NCBI RefSeq assembly: GCF_004376175.1
Contig: NZ_SNUY01000051.1
Span: forward strand, 11,511 to 30,154
Length of the DNA: 18,644 bases
Direction of reading: 5' to 3'
Origin: Halalkalibacterium halodurans
Lineage (GTDB): Bacteria > Bacillota > Bacilli > Bacillales > Bacillaceae_D
Part shown: one piece after another, positions 15,450 to 18,644 of the stretch
How the letters are laid out: the number at the start of each line of letters is the position of its first letter
Position numbering within the stretch: the first letter of the stretch is position 1
Notes under the pieces: generated by a model
Databases searched by the model: none
Told to the model about the DNA's origin: nothing
Seen by the model: the letters and a program-made list of their open reading frames with translations, nothing else
Made by a program: the position numbers and the translations under genes

Positions 15450-15488
15450 TCTTAAAAGTAGAAAGCACCGTCATGAGACGATGCTTTC
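15450..15488 (-). terminator. Hairpin overlapping the yuiA stop codon, probable terminator or attenuator before yuiB
   Basis: A 12-bp stem: GAAAGCACCGTC (15461-15472) pairs with GACGATGCTTTC (15477-15488). The mismatch is C.A on the plus strand and G.U on the minus strand. It is followed by UACUUUUAAG on the minus strand. Confidence 0.5.
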
Positions 15489-15623
15489 CGGCTTCACTTC
15501 TTGTAAAGTTCCTGCTCCACTACAATAATCACATGTTTCCGTACCGCCTAGGATTAATTGAAAATAGCCACGACCCTTGCAGTACGGACAACTCGTTGTT
15601 TTTGTCTGTTCTCTCTTTCTCAC
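15471..15623 (-). CDS. yuiA: YuiA-like 50-aa protein with two DnaJ-type CxxCxGxG zinc-finger repeats
   Basis: The ORF track starts at 15686 with no RBS. GTG 15623 has GGAG 7 nt upstream (GGGGGAGAAGGCTCGTG). The product reads (M)RKREQTKTTSCPYCKGRGYFQLILGGTETCDYCSGAGTLQEVKPESIVS. Its size and motifs fit B. subtilis YuiA as I recall it. Confidence 0.65.
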   Translation of the reverse strand: MRKREQTKTTSCPYCKGRGYFQLILGGTETCDYCSGAGTLQEVKPESIVS

Positions 15624-15894
15624 GAGCCTTCTCCCCCTAGCAATCATTTCATTTATATTATCAGAATTTTCAATACAAATAAACATGACAATTGCGAGGT
15701 ATTCTCACATGTAAGCGTAATCAATTGACTCTATCTACGAATTCTTTGAATTTTCTAACGTTTTCATCGATACAATGTCAATAAAAGTGAAGTTTAAATA
15801 GTAAGTGAAACTTCAGCAGTTGTGGTTCCCTTTGGTCTCCCATTCAATGTTTTTCCGGTTCACACTGTGGAATCTTAGCCCCAGTTAAACAGGA

Positions 15895-15928
15895 TAAAAA
15901 AAGGCTAGCTCTCATATTTGAGCTAACC
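15895..15928 (-). terminator. Intrinsic terminator after yumB
   Basis: A 9-bp stem: GGCTAGCTC (15903-15911) pairs with GAGCTAACC (15920-15928). The mismatch is C.A on the plus strand and G.U on the minus strand. It is followed by U7-8 on the minus strand (15902-15895). Confidence 0.7.
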
Positions 15929-15974
15929 TTTTCTCTATCGTTAGGGTTGTGTTGTATGCATGCGCTCTTTCGGC

Positions 15975-17183
15975 TTATAGCGGGTTTTTACCTTTCTTCA
16001 ATAGAAGCCCAGGACCACCAATTAAGAAGAGAGAGCGATTATCAATAACCTTTTTCATGAAGCTTGCTGAGCTCCCAAACAATTTTCGGGTGCCAACAAC
16101 ACCAATCGCTTCTTTTCCTCCAAGGGAAGCAACAGTACCTTTAATCTCTGGCTTGAAGTTTTTCAACTCACTACCGCCTTTTACGAGCGTTGCCAAGTTA
16201 TGTGCACAGGTTTCTGCCATTTGAATCGCAATTTGTGCAGTTGGCGGATACGGACGATTAATTTCTTCGTTGATGATCAATGCGCAATCACCGATGACAA
16301 AAATTTCCTCATGACCTGGTGCACGGAGATCAGATTCAACTTTGATACGACCTCGCATCGCTTCAAATCCAGATTTTTCAATAATTTCCGGTCCACGAAC
16401 ACCTGTCGCCCAAACGACTGTGTTGGATTTAATTTCATCACCGTTCGCTAAAATGACGCCATCTTTAACGACTTCTTTGATTGGGCAATTGATCTTAAAT
16501 TCAACTCCGCGGCTTTCAAGAAGGTTCATCGCGTACTCTACAAGCTCTGGATCAAAACCAGGAAGAGCTGTTGGTGCAGCTTCAATGACGTACATTTTCA
16601 CTTTTTCACGAGGTACGTCATACGTTGCGCAAAGTTCAGGAACACGTTTCGAAAGCTCTCCTACAAATTCAATCCCTGTAAAACCAGCACCAGCCACGAT
16701 AAATGTTAAGAGCTCGTCCTTCTTCTCTTCTAGGTTGTTGTATGTTGCAAACATATACTCAATATGCTCTTTTACTTGGCGAGCACCATTGACAGTCCAC
16801 TTGCTAAATGCGTGCTCAAACACGCCCGGTACGCCAAATGTTTCAGCAACAGAGCCTAGAGCAATCACTAAATAATCATACTCCAACTCGCCATTTTCAA
16901 GGATGACTTTCTTCGCGTCTCTGTCAATTTCGACTGCTGTGTCTTGAACAAAGTTGACCTTATTCAAGTCGAGTACATCTTTGATCGGCACTCTTGCTTT
17001 TTCTGCAGGAATCGTCCCTGCTGCCGGTTCGTGCAACCAAGTGGTTTGATAATGATAACTGTGCTTATTCACAAGCGTAATGTTCGCGTCATTGTGTCCA
17101 AGCTGCTTTGACAAGCGGGATGCGGTGATTATTCCACCATAACCTGCTCCGAGAATAACGATGTTTGGCTTATTCAAAATCAT
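15975..17183 (-). CDS. yumB: Type II NADH dehydrogenase (NDH-2, FAD-dependent pyridine nucleotide-disulfide oxidoreductase), YumB
   Basis: There are two Rossmann motifs (ILGAGYGG and [10 protein letters not shown]). It is colinear with B. subtilis YumB as I recall it ([36 protein letters not shown]). The start is uncertain: the ORF track uses TTG 17219, the in-frame ATGs are 17192 and 17183, and TTG 17177 has the best SD spacing (GGAAGTGA, 8 nt). Confidence 0.9.
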   Translation of the reverse strand: MILNKPNIVILGAGYGGIITASRLSKQLGHNDANITLVNKHSYHYQTTWLHEPAAGTIPAEKARVPIKDVLDLNKVNFVQDTAVEIDRDAKKVILENGELEYDYLVIALGSVAETFGVPGVFEHAFSKWTVNGARQVKEHIEYMFATYNNLEEKKDELLTFIVAGAGFTGIEFVGELSKRVPELCATYDVPREKVKMYVIEAAPTALPGFDPELVEYAMNLLESRGVEFKINCPIKEVVKDGVILANGDEIKSNTVVWATGVRGPEIIEKSGFEAMRGRIKVESDLRAPGHEEIFVIGDCALIINEEINRPYPPTAQIAIQMAETCAHNLATLVKGGSELKNFKPEIKGTVASLGGKEAIGVVGTRKLFGSSASFMKKVIDNRSLFLIGGPGLLLKKGKNPL

Positions 17184-17224
17184 CACTTCCATTTCAAGAT
17201 TTTCGACACCATTTGACAAAAAGA

Positions 17225-17242
17225 TTGTGATTCATTTCACGT
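17225..17242. promoter_or_regulatory. Rex/Crp-Fnr-type palindromic box TTGTGAt-tcat-TTCACgt in the yumB leader
   Basis: TGTGA (17226-17230), N6, then TCACG (17237-17241). This matches TGTGA-N6-TCACA at 9 of 10 positions, and the Rex operator form TTGTGAA-N4-TTCACAA at 15 of 18 positions (counting N4 as free). It lies downstream of the candidate yumB -10. Confidence 0.4.
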
Positions 17243-17262
17243 ATAATGGCAAAAAAAGTGAC

Positions 17263-17291
17263 ATTGTATGATATCTGTAGATTGTCGTAAA
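17263..17291 (-). promoter_or_regulatory. Candidate sigmaA promoter of yumB
   Basis: On the minus strand: -35 TTTACG (17291-17286), 17-nt spacer, -10 TACAAT (17268-17263). Confidence 0.4.
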
Positions 17292-17463
17292 ATTGTCGCA
17301 AAATACATCTATAATAATAGAAGTTTTGCCTTTAATTTTCAAGCATTTTTTAAAAAATGATTACCGATCTTAGAAAACGCTTACCGAAACCGTTGGTATG
17401 ACAGATTTATTTACACTCCCTTTGTGAAATTCTAAATTTTCCGATAATAAAAGCGCCTTTTCC

Positions 17464-17492
17464 TTTCATTTTCATTTGTGTAAATCTATAAT
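17464..17492 (+). promoter_or_regulatory. Candidate yumC promoter (good -10, weak -35)
   Basis: TATAAT at 17487-17492, 32 nt upstream of ATG 17524. The hexamer at 17-nt spacing is only TTTCAT (17464-17469). Confidence 0.3.
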
Positions 17493-17523
17493 GAAATGGA
17501 AAATGTGTCGCGGAGGTGCCAAG

Positions 17524-18516
17524 ATGTCAAGAAAAGAAGAATTGTATGATATTACGATTATCGGCGGGGGACCGACAGGATTATTTGCTGCATTTTATGG
17601 CGGAATGAGGCAGGCGAAGGTGAAGATTATCGAGAGCATGCCTCAGCTAGGTGGTCAGCTTGCTGCTCTTTATCCGGAAAAGTACATATACGATGTAGCC
17701 GGTTTTCCAAAAGTAAAAGCACAGGACCTCGTAAATGACTTAAAAAGACAAGCAGAACAATTTAATCCAACTATTGCTCTTGAGCAGTCCGTTCAGAATG
17801 TGACGAAAGAAACCGACGATACTTTCACAATCAAAACAGACAAAGAAACACATTACTCGAAAGCGATTATCATTACAGCAGGGGCAGGGGCTTTCCAACC
17901 ACGAAGACTGGAGGTGGAAGGTGCCAAGCAATATGAAGGAAAGAATCTTCAATACTTTGTAAATGATTTAAATGCATATGCAGGTAAAAACGTGCTCATT
18001 TCTGGTGGTGGCGACTCAGCCGTAGACTGGGCTCTCATGCTTGAACCTGTCGCGAAAAATGTGACACTAATTCACAGACGCGATAAATTCCGTGCACATG
18101 AGCATAGCGTCGAACTCCTGCAAAAATCTTCCGTCAACATTTTAACCCCTTTTGCTATTTCTGAGCTCTCAGGTGACGGCGAAAAGATTCATCACGTGAC
18201 GATTCAAGAAGTAAAAGGTGATGCTGTTGAAACACTCGATGTTGATGAGGTCATTGTCAATTTCGGTTTCGTTTCCTCATTGGGCCCAATTAAAGGATGG
18301 GGCTTAGAAATCGAAAAGAACTCCATCGTTGTCAACACAAAAATGGAGACAAACATTCCGGGTATTTATGCAGCTGGTGATATATGCACGTATCCTGGGA
18401 AAGTAAAGCTGATTGCGACCGGCTTTGGAGAAGCACCTACCGCCATCAACAATGCTAAAGCCTTTATTGATCCAACCGCCCGTGTTTTCCCTGGTCACAG
18501 CACAAGCTTGTTTTAA
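17524..18516 (+). CDS. yumC: Ferredoxin-NADP+ reductase, thioredoxin-reductase-like type (YumC)
   Basis: The ORF track starts at TTG 17476. ATG 17524 has GGAGGTG 5 nt upstream and gives 330 aa beginning [30 protein letters not shown]. It is near-identical in block structure to B. subtilis YumC as I recall it ([81 protein letters not shown]). Confidence 0.93.
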   Translation: MSRKEELYDITIIGGGPTGLFAAFYGGMRQAKVKIIESMPQLGGQLAALYPEKYIYDVAGFPKVKAQDLVNDLKRQAEQFNPTIALEQSVQNVTKETDDTFTIKTDKETHYSKAIIITAGAGAFQPRRLEVEGAKQYEGKNLQYFVNDLNAYAGKNVLISGGGDSAVDWALMLEPVAKNVTLIHRRDKFRAHEHSVELLQKSSVNILTPFAISELSGDGEKIHHVTIQEVKGDAVETLDVDEVIVNFGFVSSLGPIKGWGLEIEKNSIVVNTKMETNIPGIYAAGDICTYPGKVKLIATGFGEAPTAINNAKAFIDPTARVFPGHSTSLF

Positions 18517-18535
18517 TGGTTCTTAGTCAAATGTT

Positions 18536-18574
18536 GGGGTGGCATAGGAGGGCGAGCCCCTCTTATCCTACCCC
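18536..18574 (+). terminator. Long hairpin downstream of yumC, probable terminator with a weak U-tract
   Basis: GGGGTGGCATAGGAGGG pairs with CCCTCTTATCCTACCCC, giving about 17 pairs and one mismatch. Two pairs are G.U on the plus-strand RNA and would be C.A on the minus strand. It is followed by GAATGTTTGATGTTTG. Confidence 0.5.
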
Positions 18575-18644
18575 GAATGTTTGATGTTTGAATTGATGAT
18601 GCAAGAGAATACGGCTTCGCAAGCGATCATAACGCCGAAAACCA

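Noticed and set aside
15784-15813. AAGTGAA direct repeat (two copies, 18 bp apart) and a 7-bp AT-rich inverted repeat (GAAGTTT/AAACTTC) upstream of yuiA
   Set aside because: The elements are short, AT-rich and weakly stable. There is no clear relation to a promoter, since the only TTGACA nearby pairs with a poor -10. I could not distinguish this from chance.
16342-16875. 177-aa plus-strand ORF (Ser/Thr/Pro-rich), plus many other ORFs of 60-114 aa in the track. These are 948-1199, 1600-1782, 2249-2503, 2435-2695, 2899-3096, 3227-3571, 4186-4461, 5540-5779, 6678-6890, 6977-7207, 7799-8083, 8285-8485, 8598-8834, 9113-9358, 9496-9699, 11595-11903, 12045-12260, 12049-12237, 12947-13132, 13285-13590, 13706-13903, 15446-15640, 15949-16224, 16200-16451, 17740-17952 and 18304-18498.
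   Set aside because: Nearly all lie antisense to, or out of frame within, well-supported genes with clear family motifs; the few that extend into intergenic DNA (2249-2503, 2435-2695, 5540-5779, 9496-9699, 15949-16224) fall in terminator or control regions. They lack RBSs and have low-complexity or odd compositions. They are typical shadow ORFs.
17213-17246. Perfect TTGACA (17213-17218) and TATAAT (17241-17246) on the plus strand in the yumB-yumC intergenic region
   Set aside because: The spacer is 23 nt, far outside the 16-18 nt sigmaA window. The TATAAT is also about 280 nt from the yumC start. I interpreted the intervening TGTGA-N6-TCAC as an operator instead.
18575-18644. Possible start of a further plus-strand gene (ATGATGCAAGAGAATACGGCT... 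from about 18597) at the window edge
   Set aside because: Only about 16 codons are visible, there is no recognisable SD, and no motif can be assessed.
1-18644. Search for CRISPR repeats, IS or transposase ends, integrase or att-like direct repeats flanking the AT-rich kinase insert, and long tandem repeats
   Set aside because: By eye I found no regularly spaced repeats of 24 nt or more, no transposase- or integrase-like ORFs, and no matching direct repeats at the borders of the 9.6-11.0 kb AT-rich segment. A dot-plot or repeat finder would be needed to exclude short target-site duplications.

Overview
This window looks like chromosomal DNA from a Bacillaceae-type Firmicute. The evidence is GGAGG-type ribosome binding sites, GTG/TTG starts, sigmaA-like promoters and stem-loop plus U-tract terminators. 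The right half (11.0-18.5 kb) is colinear with the B. subtilis yuiE-yuiD-yuiC-yuiB-yuiA-yumB-yumC neighbourhood as I remember it, with one extra gene, a signal-less BtuF-like binding protein. The left half carries four units. The first is a PBP3/PbpC-like class B penicillin-binding lipoprotein. The second is a dctQ-dctM-dctP-order TRAP transporter operon. The third is a complete PTS-dependent dihydroxyacetone kinase module: dhaK-dhaL-dhaM followed by the translationally coupled TetR activator/DhaK-paralog pair dhaS-dhaQ. The fourth is a visibly AT-richer insert encoding an APH/CotS-type phosphotransferase, preceded by a strong promoter and a 30-codon small ORF. I saw no rRNA, tRNA, CRISPR array, transposase or integrase, and no obvious defence or toxin genes. 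I cannot honestly point to a clear new multi-gene system. The most unusual items are: (1) the syntenic M17 (PepA/YuiE) aminopeptidase homolog, whose frame is intact but whose catalytic motifs are replaced or deleted; (2) the promoter, small ORF, RBS-overlapping inverted repeat and kinase arrangement in the AT-rich insert; (3) a Rex/Fnr-type TGTGA-N6-TCAC box in the leader of the type II NADH dehydrogenase gene; and (4) the cytoplasmic orphan BtuF-like protein apparently co-transcribed with yuiD. All homology statements come from motif recognition and memory, not from database searches.
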